This document shows, one piece after another, positions 20,001 through 35,000 of a stretch of 64,000 bases of DNA. Source of the DNA: Schmidtea polychroa. Its lineage: Eukaryota. Made by a program: the position numbers and the translations under genes. The stretch covers positions 109,430,001 to 109,494,000 of the forward strand of contig CM097885.1 of NCBI GenBank assembly GCA_044892525.1, written 5' to 3'. The number at the start of each line of letters is the position of its first letter. Positions within the stretch are counted from its first letter, which is position 1. The notes under the pieces were generated by a model. It worked only from the letters and a program-made list of their open reading frames with translations. It was not told the DNA's origin and ran no database searches.

Positions 20001-23000
20001 CTTTCTCCAGAGCATCGCATAATAATTTCTGACCACTTTCAAGTCCTACTTTTCGTTCCATAGTTACTTCATCAATAATTTCGTCAACAATGTCTGCATT
20101 TCTAATTACTGTCGAATCTGGTACAATGGATTCTGAGATATCTTTGCACAATTTCCTTAATCTTTCAGCCTCTTCTTTATTCAATTCCAATTCCTTCGAT
20201 TTGCAATCAATCACTTCTTGTAGTTTAGGAAGAACTGATTCCAATAAAGTTTTATTTGCTTTCCATTCGTTGGATCTTTCTGAGTCTGGCGTTTCATTGA
20301 TTTTACTTTCAACTTTATCCATAGCCTTTGACAATTTCGATAAATCTTGTCCTTTCAATTTTATTTGATCATTCTTTGAATTTTCCACTAATTCTTTCAA
20401 GATTGTTTCAATTGGTCGTCGACTATTTTCAATTTCATCATGTCGAGATCTTCTAATTCGTTCCGCAATATCAGGAATGCTAGATTGAATTTGTACAGCT
20501 TCACATAAAATACCCATCAGAGGCTCATTAACAGTTGCGGTTAGTTTTACGAGATCTTTTCCCTCCGAAACTTCTTTCAATAACATTTCTTCTAATTCAA
20601 TCAGTTTCGATTCACTAATTTCATTTTTCAAAGCATCTTTAGCGACTTTTATTCCATCAAGTAAATTCTCAACGTCTTTCCTGTTCAATAGTTTCTCTTT
20701 ATCACCTTCTTCGTCATCAAATAAACATTTAATTGCCTCCAATATTTTGTTACTATCCTCATCGCTATTATCTAATCGCTTTTCACTCTTTATGCCTAAT
20801 GCTTTTAATTGTTCACAAATAGATTTGTCAATTTTCACTTTAGATCCACTTTCTAAAGACCTGTTTAAATCGTTTATAATTTCTTCCACAAATCTTCTTT
20901 CTTTTTCTCCAGTCTTTGATTTCGGAATCAATGATTTCATAATTTCCAAACTTTCAACTAGTTCTTTGCCTTTCAAGTTGTTCAATTCACCTTTCTCCAG
21001 AGCATCGCATAATAATTTCTGACCACTTTCAAGTCCTACTTTTCGTTCCATAGTTACTTCATCAATAATTTCGTCAACAATGTCTGCATTTCTAATTACT
21101 GTCGAATCTGGTACAATGGATTCTGAGATATCTTTGCACAATTTCCTTAATCTTTCAGCCTCTTCTTTATTCAATTCCAATTCCTTCGATTTGCAATCAA
21201 TCACTTCTTGTAGTTTAGGAAGAACTGATTCCAATAAAGTTTTATTTGCTTTCCATTCGTTGGATCTTTCTGAGTCTGGCGTTTCATTGATTTTACTTTC
21301 AACTTTATCCATAGCCTTTGACAATTTCGATAAATCTTGTCCTTTCAATTTTATTTGATCATTCTTTGAATTTTCCACTAATTCTTTCAAGATTGTTTCA
21401 ATTGGTCGTCGACTATTTTCAATTTCATCATGTCGAGATCTTCTAATTCGTTCCGCAATATCAGGAATGCTAGATTGAATTTGTACTGCTTCACATAAAA
21501 TACCCATCAGAGGCTCATTAACAGTTGCGGTTAGTTTTACGAGATCTTTTCCCTCCGAAACTTCTTTCAATAACATTTCTTCTAATTCAATCAGTTTCGA
21601 TTCACTAATTTCATTTTTCAAAGCATCTTTAGCGACTTTTATTCCATCAAGTAAATTCTCAACGTCTTTCCTGTTCAATAGTTTCTCTTTATCACCTTCT
21701 TCGTCATCAAATAAACATTTAATTGCCTCCAATATTTTGTTACTATCCTCATCGCTATTATCTAATCGCTTTTCACTCTTTATGCCTAATGCTTTTAATT
21801 GTTCACAAATAGATTTGTCAATTTTCACTTTAGATCCACTTTCTAAAGACCTGTTTAAATCGTTTATAATTTCTTCCACAAATCTTCTTTCTTTTTCTCC
21901 AGTCTTTGATTTCGGAATCAATGATTTCATAATTTCCAAACTTTCAACTAGTTCTTTGCCTTTCAAGTTGTTCAATTCACCTTTCTCCAGAGTATCGCAT
22001 AATAATTTCTGACCACTTTCAAGTCCTACTTTTCGTTCCATAGTTACTTCATCAATAATTTCGTCAACAATGTCTGCATTTCTAATTACTGTCGAATCTG
22101 GTACAATGGATTCTGAGATATCTTTGCACAATTTCCTTAATCTTTCAGCCTCTTCTTTATTCAATTCCAATTCCTTCGATTTGCAATCAATCACTTCTTG
22201 TAGTTTAGGAAGAACTGATTCCAATAAAGTTTTATTTGCTTTCCATTCGTTGGATCTTTCTGAGTCTGGCGTTTCATTGATTTTACTTTCAACTTTATCC
22301 ATAGCCTTTGACAATTTCGATAAATCTTGTCCTTTCAATTTTATTTGATCATTCTTTGAATTTTCCACTAATTCTTTCAAGATTGTTTCAATTGGTCGTC
22401 GACTATTTTCAATTTCATCATGTCGAGATCTTCTAATTCGTTCCGCAATATCAGGAATGCTAGATTGAATTTGTACAGCTTCACATAAAATACCCATCAG
22501 AGGCTCATTAACAGTTGCGGTTAGTTTTACGAGATCTTTTCCCTCCGAAACTTCTTTCAATAACATTTCTTCTAATTCAATCAGTTTCGATTCACTAATT
22601 TCATTTTTCAAAGCATCTTTAGCGACTTTTATTCCATCAAGTAAATTCTCAACGTCTTTCCTGTTCAATAGTTTCTCTTTATCACCTTCTTCGTCATCAA
22701 ATAAACATTTAATTGCCTCCAATATTTTGTTACTATCATCATCGCTATTATCTAATCGCTTTTCACTCTTTATGCCTAATGCTTTTAATTGTTCACAAAT
22801 AGATTTGTCAATTTTCACTTTAGATCCACTTTCTAAAGACCTGTTTAAATCGTTTATAATTTCTTCCACAAATCTTCTTTCTTTTTCTCCAGTCTTTGAT
22901 TTCGGAATCAATGATTTCATAATTTCCAAACTTTCAACTAGTTCTTTGCCTTTCAAGTTGTTCAATTCACCTTTCTCCAGAGCATCGCATAATAATTTCT

Positions 23001-26000
23001 GACCACTTTCAAGTCCTACTTTTCGTTCCATAGTTACTTCATCAATAATTTCGTCAACAATGTCTGCATTTCTAATTACTGTCGAATCTGGTACAATGGA
23101 TTCTGAGATATCTTTGCACAATTTCCTTAATCTTTCAGCCTCTTCTTTATTCAATTCCAATTCCTTCGATTTGCAATCAATCACTTCTTGTAGTTTAGGA
23201 AGAACTGATTCCAATAAAGTTTTATTTGCTTTCCATTCGTTGGATCTTTCTGAGTCTGGCGTTTCATTGATTTTACTTTCAACTTTATCCATAGCCTTTG
23301 ACAATTTCGATAAATCTTGTCCTTTCAATTTTATTTGATCATTCTTTGAATTTTCCACTAATTCTTTCAAGATTGTTTCAATTGGTCGTCGACTATTTTC
23401 AATTTCATCATGTCGAGATCTTCTAATTCGTTCCGCAATATCAGGAATGCTAGATTGAATTTGTACTGCTTCACATAAAATACCCATCAGAGGCTCATTA
23501 ACAGTTGCGGTTAGTTTTACGAGATCTTTTCCCTCCGAAACTTCTTTCAATAACATTTCTTCTAATTCAATCAGTTTCGATTCACTAATTTCATTTTTCA
23601 AAGCATCTTTAGCGACTTTTATTCCATCAAGTAAATTCTCAACGTCTTTCCTGTTCAATAGTTTCTCTTTATCACCTTCTTCGTCATCAAATAAACATTT
23701 AATTGCCTCCAATATTTTGTTACTATCCTCATCGCTATTATCTAATCGCTTTTCACTCTTTATGCCTAATGCTTTTAATTGTTCACAAATAGATTTGTCA
23801 ATTTTCACTTTAGATCCACTTTCTAAAGACCTGTTTAAATCGTTTATAATTTCTTCCACAAATCTTCTTTCCTTTTCTCCAGTCTTTGATTTCGGAATCA
23901 ATGATTTCATAATTTCCAAACTTTCAACTAGTTCTTTGCCTTTCAAGTTGTTCAATTCACCTTTCTCCAGAGCATCGCATAATAATTTCTGACCACTTTC
24001 AAGTCCTACTTTTCGTTCCATAGTTACTTCATCAATAATTTCGTCAACAATGTCTGCATTTCTAATTACTGTCGAATCTGGTACAATGGATTCTGAGATA
24101 TCTTTGCACAATTTCCATAATCTTTCAGCCTCTTCTTTATTCAATTCCAATTCCTTCCATTTGCAATCAATCACTTCTTGTAGTTTAGGAAGAACTGATT
24201 CCAATAGAGTTTTATTTGCTTTCCATTCGTTGGATCTTTCTGAGTCTGGCGTTTCATTGATTTTACTTTCAACTTTATCCATAGCCTTTGACAATTTCGA
24301 TAAATCTTGTCCTTTCAATTTTATTTGATCATTCTTTGAATTTTCCACTAATTCTTTCAAGATTGTTTCAATTGGTCGTCGACTATTTTCAATTTCATCA
24401 TGTCGAGATCTTCTAATTTGTTCCGCAATATCAGGAATGCTAGATTGAATTTGTACTGCTTCACATAAAATACCCATCAGAGGCTCATTAACAGTTGCGG
24501 TTAGTTTTACGAGATCTTTTCCCTCCGAAACTTCTTTCAATAACATTTCTTCTAATTCAATCAGTTTCGATTCACTAATTTCATTTTTCAAAGCATCTTT
24601 AGCGACTTTTATTCCATCAAGTAAATTCTCAACGTCTTTCCTGTTCAATAGTTTCTCTTTATCACCTTCTTCGTCATCAAATAAACATTTAATTGCCTCC
24701 AATATTTTGTTACTATCCTCATCGCTATTATCTAATCGCTTTTCACTCTTTATGCCTAATGCTTTTAATTGTTCACAAATAGATTTGTCAATTTTCACTT
24801 TAGATCCACTTTCTAAAGACCTGTTTAAATCGTTTATAATTTCTTCCACAAATCTTCTTTCTTTTTCTCCAGTCTTTGATTTCGGAATCAATGATTTCAT
24901 AATTTCCAAACTTTCAACTAGTTCTTTGCCTTTCAAGTTGTTCAATTCACCTTTCTCCAGAGCATCGCATAATAATTTCTGACCACTTTCAAGTCCTACT
25001 TTTCGTTCCATAGTTACTTCATCAATAATTTCGTCAACAATGTCTGCATTTCTAATTACTGTCGAATCTGGTACAATGGATTCTGAGATATCTTTGCACA
25101 ATTTCCTTAATCTTTCAGCCTCTTCTTTATTCAATTCCAATTCCTTCGATTTGCAATCAATCACTTCTTGTAGTTTAGGAAGAACTGATTCCAATAAAGT
25201 TTTATTTGCTTTCCATTCGTTGGATCTTTCTGAGTCTGGCGTTTCATTGATTTTACTTTCAACTTTATCCATAGCCTTTGACAATTTCGATAAATCTTGT
25301 CCTTTCAATTTTATTTGATCATTCTTTGAATTTTCCACTAATTCTTTCAAGATTGTTTCAATTGGTCGTCGACTATTTTCAATTTCATCATGTCGAGATC
25401 TTCTAATTCGTTCCGCAATATCAGGAATGCTAGATTGAATTTTTACTGCTTCACATAAAATACCCATCAGAGGCTCATTAACAGTTGCGGTTAGTTTTAC
25501 GAGATCTTTTCCCTCCGAAACTTCTTTCAATAACATTTCTTCTAATTCAATCAGTTTCGATTCACTAATTTCATTTTTCAAAGCATCTTTAGCGACTTTT
25601 ATTCCATCAAGTAAATTCTCAACGTCTTTCCTGTTCAATAGTTTCTCTTTATCACCTTCTTCGTCATCAAATAAACATTTAATTGCCTCCAATATTTTGT
25701 TACTATCCTCATCGCTATTATCTAATCGCTTTTCACTCTTTATGCCTAATGCTTTTAATTGTTCACAAATAGATTTGTCAATTTTCACTTTAGATCCACT
25801 TTCTAAAGACCTGTTTAAATCGTTTATAATTTCTTCCACAAATCTTCTTTCTTTTTCTCCAGTCTTTGATTTCGGAATCAATGATTTCATAATTTCCAAA
25901 CTTTCAACTAGTTCTTTGCCTTTCAAGTTGTTCAATTCACCTTTCTCCAGAGCATCGCATAATAATTTCTGACCACTTTCAAGTCCTACTTTTCGTTCCA

Positions 26001-29000
26001 TAGTTACTTCATCAATAATTTCGTCAACAATGTCTGCATTTCTAATTACTGTCGAATCTGGTACAATGGATTCTGAGATATCTTTGCACAATTTCCTTAA
26101 TCTTTCAGCCTCTTCTTTATTCAATTCCAATTCCTTCGATTTGCAATCAATCACTTCTTGTAGTTTAGGAAGAACTGATTCCAATAAAGTTTTATTTGCT
26201 TTCCATTCGTTGGATCTTTCTGAGTCTGGCGTTTCATTGATTTTACTTTCAACTTTATCCATAGCCTTTGACAATTTCGATAAATCTTGTCCTTTCAATT
26301 TTATTTGATCATTCTTTGAATTTTCCACTAATTCTTTCAAGATTGTTTCAATTGGTCGTCGACTATTTTCAATTTCATCATGTCGAGATCTTCTAATTCG
26401 TTCCGCAATATCAGGAATGCTAGATTGAATTTTTACTGCTTCACATAAAATACCCATCAGAGGCTCATTAACAGTTGCGGTTAGTTTTACGAGATCTTTT
26501 CCCTCCGAAACTTCTTTCAATAACATTTCTTCTAATTCAATCAGTTTCGATTCACTAATTTCATTTTTCAAAGCATCTTTAGCGACTTTTATTCCATCAA
26601 GTAAATTCTCAACGTCTTTCCTGTTCAATAGTTTCTCTTTATCACCTTCTTCGTCATCAAATAAACATTTAATTGCCTCCAATATTTTGTTACTATCCTC
26701 ATCGCTATTATCTAATCGCTTTTCACTCTTTATGCCTAATGCTTTTAATTGTTCACAAATAGATTTGTCAATTTTCACTTTAGATCCACTTTCTAAAGAC
26801 CTGTTTAAATCGTTTATAATTTCTTCCACAAATCTTCTTTCCTTTTCTCCAGTCTTTGATTTCGGAATCAATGATTTCATAATTTCCAAACTTTCAACTA
26901 GTTCTTTGCCTTTCAAGTTGTTCAATTCACCTTTCTCCAGAGCATCGCATAATAATTTCTGACCACTTTCAAGTCCTACTTTTCGTTCCATAGTTACTTC
27001 ATCAATAATTTCGTCAACAATGTCTGCATTTCTAATTACTGTCGAATCTGGTACAATGGATTCTGAGATATCTTTGCACAATTTCCATAATCTTTCAGCC
27101 TCTTCTTTATTCAATTCCAATTCCTTCCATTTGCAATCAATCACTTCTTGTAGTTTAGGAAGAACTGATTCCAATAGAGTTTTATTTGCTTTCCATTCGT
27201 TGGATCTTTCTGAGTCTGGCGTTTCATTGATTTTACTTTCAACTTTATCCATAGCCTTTGACAATTTCGATAAATCTTGTCCTTTCAATTTTATTTGATC
27301 ATTCTTTGAATTTTCCACTAATTCTTTCAAGATTGTTTCAATTGGTCGTCGACTATTTTCAATTTCATCATGTCGAGATCTTCTAATTCGTTCCGCAATA
27401 TCAGGAATGCTAGATTGAATTTGTACTGCTTCACATAAAATACCCATCAGAGGCTCATTAACAGTTGCGGTTAGTTTTACGAGATCTTTTCCCTCCGAAA
27501 CTTCTTTCAATAACATTTCTTCTAATTCAATCAGTTTCGATTCACTAATTTCATTTTTCAAAGCATCTTTAGCGACTTTTATTCCATCAAGTAAATTCTC
27601 AACGTCTTTCCTGTTCAATAGTTTCTCTTTATCACCTTCTTCGTCATCAAATAAACATTTAATTGCCTCCAATATTTTGTTACTATCCTCATCGCTATTA
27701 TCTAATCGCTTTTCACTCTTTATGCCTAATGCTTTTAATTGTTCACAAATAGATTTGTCAATTTTCACTTTAGATCCACTTTCTAAAGACCTGTTTAAAT
27801 CGTTTATAATTTCTTCCACAAATCTTCTTTCTTTTTCTCCAGTCTTTGATTTCGGAATCAATGATTTCATAATTTCCAAACTTTCAACTAGTTCTTTGCC
27901 TTTCAAGTTGTTCAATTCACCTTTCTCCAGAGCATCGCATAATAATTTCTGACCACTTTCAAGTCCTACTTTTCGTTCCATAGTTACTTCATCAATAATT
28001 TCGTCAACAATGTCTGCATTTCTAATTACTGTCGAATCTGGTACAATGGATTCTGAGATATCTTTGCACAATTTCCTTAATCTTTCAGCCTCTTCTTTAT
28101 TCAATTCCAATTCCTTCGATTTGCAATCAATCACTTCTTGTAGTTTAGGAAGAACTGATTCCAATAAAGTTTTATTTGCTTTCCATTCGTTGGATCTTTC
28201 TGAGTCTGGCGTTTCATTGATTTTACTTTCAACTTTATCCATAGCCTTTGACAATTTCGATAAATCTTGTCCTTTCAATTTTATTTGATCATTCTTTGAA
28301 TTTTCCACTAATTCTTTCAAGATTGTTTCAATTGGTCGTCGACTATTTTCAATTTCATCATGTCGAGATCTTCTAATTCGTTCCGCAATATCAGGAATGC
28401 TAGATTGAATTTGTACTGCTTCACATAAAATACCCATCAGAGGCTCATTAACAGTTGCGGTTAGTTTTACGAGATCTTTTCCCTCCGAAACTTCTTTCAA
28501 TAACATTTCTTCTAATTCAATCAGTTTCGATTCACTAATTTCATTTTTCAAAGCATCTTTAGCGACTTTTATTCCATCAAGTAAATTCTCAACGTCTTTC
28601 CTGTTCAATAGTTTCTCTTTATCACCTTCTTCGTCATCAAATAAACATTTAATTGCCTCCAATATTTTGTTACTATCCTCATCGCTATTATCTAATCGCT
28701 TTTCACTCTTTATGCCTAATGCTTTTAATTGTTCACAAATAGATTTGTCAATTTTCACTTTAGATCCACTTTCTAAAGACCTGTTTAAATCGTTTATAAT
28801 TTCTTCCACAAATCTTCTTTCTTTTTCTCCAGTCTTTGATTTCGGAATCAATGATTTCATAATTTCCAAACTTTCAACTAGTTCTTTGCCTTTCAAGTTG
28901 TTCAATTCACCTTTCTCCAGAGCATCGCATAATAATTTCTGACCACTTTCAAGTCCTACTTTTCGTTCCATAGTTACTTCATCAATAATTTCGTCAACAA

Positions 29001-32000
29001 TGTCTGCATTTCTAATTACTGTCGAATCTGGTACAATGGATTCTGAGATATCTTTGCACAATTTCCTTAATCTTTCAGCCTCTTCTTTATTCAATTCCAA
29101 TTCCTTCGATTTGCAATCAATCACTTCTTGTAGTTTAGGAAGAACTGATTCCAATAAAGTTTTATTTGCTTTCCATTCGTTGGATCTTTCTGAGTCTGGC
29201 GTTTCATTGATTTTACTTTCAACTTTATCCATAGCCTTTGACAATTTCGATAAATCTTGTCCTTTCAATTTTATTTGATCATTCTTTGAATTTTCCACTA
29301 ATTCTTTCAAGATTGTTTCAATTGGTCGTCGACTATTTTCAATTTCATCATGTCGAGATCTTCTAATTCGTTCCGCAATATCAGGAATGCTAGATTGAAT
29401 TTGTACTGCTTCACATAAAATACCCATCAGAGGCTCATTAACAGTTGCGGTTAGTTTTACGAGATCTTTTCCCTCCGAAACTTCTTTCAATAACATTTCT
29501 TCTAATTCAATCAGTTTCGATTCACTAATTTCATTTTTCAAAGCATCTTTAGCGACTTTTATTCCATCAAGTAAATTCTCAACGTCTTTCCTGTTCAATA
29601 GTTTCTCTTTATCACCTTCTTCGTCATCAAATAAACATTTAATTGCCTCCAATATTTTGTTACTATCCTCATCGCTTTTATCTAATCGCTTTTCACTCTT
29701 TATGCCTAATGCTTTTAATTGTTCACAAATAGATTTGTCAATTTTCACTTTAGATCCACTTTCTAAAGACCTGTTTAAATCGTTTATAATTTCTTCCACA
29801 AATCTTCTTTCTTTTTCTCCAGTCTTTGATTTCAGAATCAATGATTTCATAATTTCCAAACTTTCAACTAGTTCTTTGCCTTTCAAGTTGTTCAATTCAC
29901 CTTTCTCCAGAGCATCGCATAATAATTTCTGACCACTTTCAAGTCCTACTTTTCGTTCCATAGTTACTTCATCAATAATTTCGTCAACAATGTCTGCATT
30001 TCTAATTACTGTCGAATCTGGTACAATGGATTCTGAGATATCTTTGCACAATTTCCTTAATCTTTCAGCCTCTTCTTTATTCAATTCCAATTCCTTCGAT
30101 TTGCAATCAATCACTTCTTGTAGTTTAGGAAGAACTGATTCCAATAAAGTTTTATTTGCTTTCCATTCGTTGGATCTTTCTGAGTCTGGCGTTTCATTGA
30201 TTTTACTTTCAACTTTATCCATAGCCTTTGACAATTTCGATAAATCTTGTCCTTTCAATTTTATTTGATCATTCTTTGAATTTTCCACTAATTCTTTCAA
30301 GATTGTTTCAATTGGTCGTCGACTATTTTCAATTTCATCATGTCGAGATCTTCTAATTCGTTCCGCAATATCAGGAATGCTAGATTGAATTTGTACTGCT
30401 TCACATAAAATACCCATCAGAGGCTCATTAACAGTTGCGGTTAGTTTTACGAGATCTTTTCCCTCCGAAACTTCTTTCAATAACATTTCTTCTAATTCAA
30501 TCAGTTTCGATTCACTAATTTCATTTTTCAAAGCATCTTTAGCGACTTTTATTCCATCAAGTAAATTCTCAACGTCTTTCCTGTTCAATAGTTTCTCTTT
30601 ATCACCTTCTTCGTCATCAAATAAACATTTAATTGCCTCCAATATTTTGTTACTATCCTCATAGCTATTATCTAATCGCTTTTCACTCTTTATGCCTAAT
30701 GCTTTTAATTGTTCACAAATAGATTTGTCAATTTTCACTTTAGATCCACTTTCTAAAGACCTGTTTAAATCGTTTATAATTTCTTCCACAAATCTTCTTT
30801 CTTTTTCTCCAGTCTTTGATTTCGGAATCAATGATTTCATAATTTCCAAACTTTCAACTAGTTCTTTGCCTTTCAAGTTGTTCAATTCACCTTTCTCCAG
30901 AGCATCGCATAATAATTTCTGACCACTTTCAAGTCCTACTTTTCGTTCCATAGTTACTTCATCAATAATTTCGTCAACAATGTCTGCATTTCTAATTACT
31001 GTCGAATCTGGTACAATGGATTCTGAGATATCTTTGCACAATTTCCTTAATCTTTCAGCCTCTTCTTTATTCAATTCCAATTCCTTCGATTTGCAATCAA
31101 TCACTTCTTGTAGTTTAGGAAGAACTGATTCCAATAAAGTTTTATTTGCTTTCCATTCGTTGGATCTTTCTGAGTCTGGCGTTTCATTGATTTTACTTTC
31201 AACTTTATCCATAGCCTTTGACAATTTCGATAAATCTTGTCCTTTCAATTTTATTTGATCATTCTTTGAATTTTCCACTAATTCTTTCAAGATTGTTTCA
31301 ATTGGTCGTCGACTATTTTCAATTTCATCATGTCGAGATCTTCTAATTCGTTCCGCAATATCAGGAATGCTAGATTGAATTTGTACTGCTTCACATAAAA
31401 TACCCATCAGAGGCTCATTAACAGTTGCGGTTAGTTTTACGAGATCTTTTCCCTCCGAAACTTCTTTCAATAACATTTCTTCTAATTCAATCAGTTTCGA
31501 TTCACTAATTTCATTTTTCAAAGCATCTTTAGCGACTTTTATTCCATCAAGTAAATTCTCAACGTCTTTCCTGTTCAATAGTTTCTCTTTATCACCTTCT
31601 TCGTCATCAAATAAACATTTAATTGCCTCCAATATTTTGTTACTATCCTCATAGCTATTATCTAATCGCTTTTCACTCTTTATGCCTAATGCTTTTAATT
31701 GTTCACAAATAGATTTGTCAATTTTCACTTTAGATCCACTTTCTAAAGACCTGTTTAAATCGTTTATAATTTCTTCCACAAATCTTCTTTCTTTTTCTCC
31801 AGTCTTTGATTTCGGAATCAATGATTTCATAATTTCCAAACTTTCAACTAGTTCTTTGCCTTTCAAGTTGTTCAATTCACCTTTCTCCAGAGCATCGCAT
31901 AATAATTTCTGACCACTTTCAAGTCCTACTTTTCGTTCCATAGTTACTTCATCAATAATTTCGTCAACAATGTCTGCATTTCTAATTACTGTCGAATCTG

Positions 32001-35000
32001 GTACAATGGATTCTGAGATATCTTTGCACAATTTCCTTAATCTTTCAGCCTCTTCTTTATTCAATTCCAATTCCTTCGATTTGCAATCAATCACTTCTTG
32101 TAGTTTAGGAAGAACTGATTCCAATAAAGTTTTATTTGCTTTCCATTCGTTGGATCTTTCTGAGTCTGGCGTTTCATTGATTTTACTTTCAACTTTATCC
32201 ATAGCCTTTGACAATTTCGATAAATCTTGTCCTTTCAATTTTATTTGATCATTCTTTGAATTTTCCACTAATTCTTTCAAGATTGTTTCAATTGGTCGTC
32301 GACTATTTTCAATTTCATCATGTCGAGATCTTCTAATTCGTTCCGCAATATCAGGAATGCTAGATTGAATTTTTACTGCTTCACATAAAATACCCATCAG
32401 AGGCTCATTAACAGTTGCGGTTAGTTTTACGAGATCTTTTCCCTCCGAAACTTCTTTCAATAACATTTCTTCTAATTCAATCAGTTTCGATTCACTAATT
32501 TCATTTTTCAAAGCATCTTTAGCGACTTTTATTCCATCAAGTAAATTCTCAACGTCTTTCCTGTTCAATAGTTTCTCTTTATCACCTTCTTCGTCATCAA
32601 ATAAACATTTAATTGCCTCCAATATTTTGTTACTATCCTCATCGCTATTATCTAATCGCTTTTCACTCTTTATGCCTAATGCTTTTAATTGTTCACAAAT
32701 AGATTTGTCAATTTTCACTTTAGATCCACTTTCTAAAGACCTGTTTAAATCGTTTATAATTTCTTCCACAAATCTTCTTTCTTTTTCTCCAGTCTTTGAT
32801 TTCGGAATCAATGATTTCATAATTTCCAAACTTTCAACTAGTTCTTTGCCTTTCAAGTTGTTCAATTCACCTTTCTCCAGAGCATCGCATAATAATTTCT
32901 GACCACTTTCAAGTCCTACTTTTCGTTCCATAGTTACTTCATCAATAATTTCGTCAACAATGTCTGCATTTCTAATTACTGTCGAATCTGGTACAATGGA
33001 TTCTGAGATATCTTTGCACAATTTCCTTAATCTTTCAGCCTCTTCTTTATTCAATTCCAATTCCTTCGATTTGCAATCAATCACTTCTTGTAGTTTAGGA
33101 AGAACTGATTCCAATAAAGTTTTATTTGCCTTCCATTCGTTGGATCTTTCTGAGTCTGGCGTTTCATTGATTTTACTTTCAACTTTATCCATAGCCTTTG
33201 ACAATTTCGATAAATCTTTTCCTTTCAATTTTATTTGATCATTCTTTGAATTTTCCACTAATTCTTTCAAGATTGTTTCAATTGGTCGTCGACTATTTTC
33301 AATTTCATCATGTCGAGATCTTCTAATTCGTTCCGCAATATCAGGAATGCTAGATTGAATTTGTACTGCTTCACATAAAATACCCATCAGAGGCTCATTA
33401 ACAGTTGCGGTTAGTTTTACGAGATCTTTTCCCTCCGAAACTTCTTTCAATAACATTTCTTCTAATTCAATCAGTTTCGATTCACTAATTTCATTTTTCA
33501 AAGCATCTTTAGCGACTTTTATTCCATCAAGTAAATTCTCAACGTCTTTCCTGTTCAATAGTTTCTCTTTATCACCTTCTTCGTCATCAAATAAACATTT
33601 AATTGCCTCCAATATTTTGTTACTATCCTCATCGCTATTATCTAATCGCTTTTCACTCTTTACGCCTAATGCTTTTAATTGTTCACAAATAGATTTGTCA
33701 ATTTTCACTTTAGATCCACTTTCTAAAGACCTGTTTAAATCGTTTATAATTTCTTCCACAAATCTTCTTTCTTTTTCTCCAGTCTTTGATTTCGGAATCA
33801 ATGATTTCATAATTTCCAAACTTTCAACTAGTTCTTTGCCTTTCAAGTTGTTCAATTCACCTTTCTCCAGAGCATCGCATAATAATTTCTGACCACTTTC
33901 AAGTCCTACTTTTCGTTCCATAGTTACTTCATCAATAATTTCGTCAACAATGTCTGCATTTCTAATTACTGTCGAATCTGGTACAATGGATTCTGAGATA
34001 TCTTTGCACAATTTCCTTAATCTTTCAGCCTCTTCTTTATTCAATTCCAATTCCTTCGATTTGCAATCAATCACTTCTTGTAGTTTAGGAAGAACTGATT
34101 CCAATAAAGTTTTATTTGCTTTCCATTCGTTGGATCTTTCTGAGTCTGGCGTTTCATTGATTTTACTTTCAACTTTATCCATAGCCTTTGACAATTTCGA
34201 TAAATCTTGTCCTTTCAATTTTATTTGATCATTCTTTGAATTTTCCACTAATTCTTTCAAGATTGTTTCAATTGGTCGTCGACTATTTTCAATTTCATCA
34301 TGTCGAGATCTTCTAATTCGTTCCGCAATATCAGGAATGCTAGATTGAATTTGTACTGCTTCACATAAAATACCCATCAGAGGCTCATTAACAGTTGCGG
34401 TTAGTTTTACGAGATCTTTTCCCTCCGAAACTTCTTTCAATAACATTTCTTCTAATTCAATCAGTTTCGATTCACTAATTTCATTTTTCAAAGCATCTTT
34501 AGCGACTTTTATTCCATCAAGTAAATTCTCAACGTCTTTCCTGTTCAATAGTTTCTCTTTCTCACCTTCTTCGTCATCAAATAAACATTTAATTGCCTCC
34601 AATATTTTGTTACTATCCTCATCGCTATTATCTAATCGCTTTTCACTCTTTATGCCTAATGCTTTTAATTGTTCACAAATAGATTTGTCAATTTTCACTT
34701 TAGATCCACTTTCTAAAGACCTGTTTAAATCGTTTATAATTTCTTCCACAAATCTTCTTTCTTTTTCTCCAGTCTTTGATTTCGGAATCAATGATTTCAT
34801 AATTTCCAAACTTTCAACTAGTTCTTTGCCTTTCAAGTTGTTCAATTCACCTTTCTCCAGAGCATCGCATAATAATTTCTGACCACTTTCAAGTCCTACT
34901 TTTCGTTCCATAGTTACTTCATCAATAATTTCGTCAACAATGTCTGCATTTCTAATTACTGTCGAATCTGGTACAATGGATTCTGAGATATCTTTGCACA

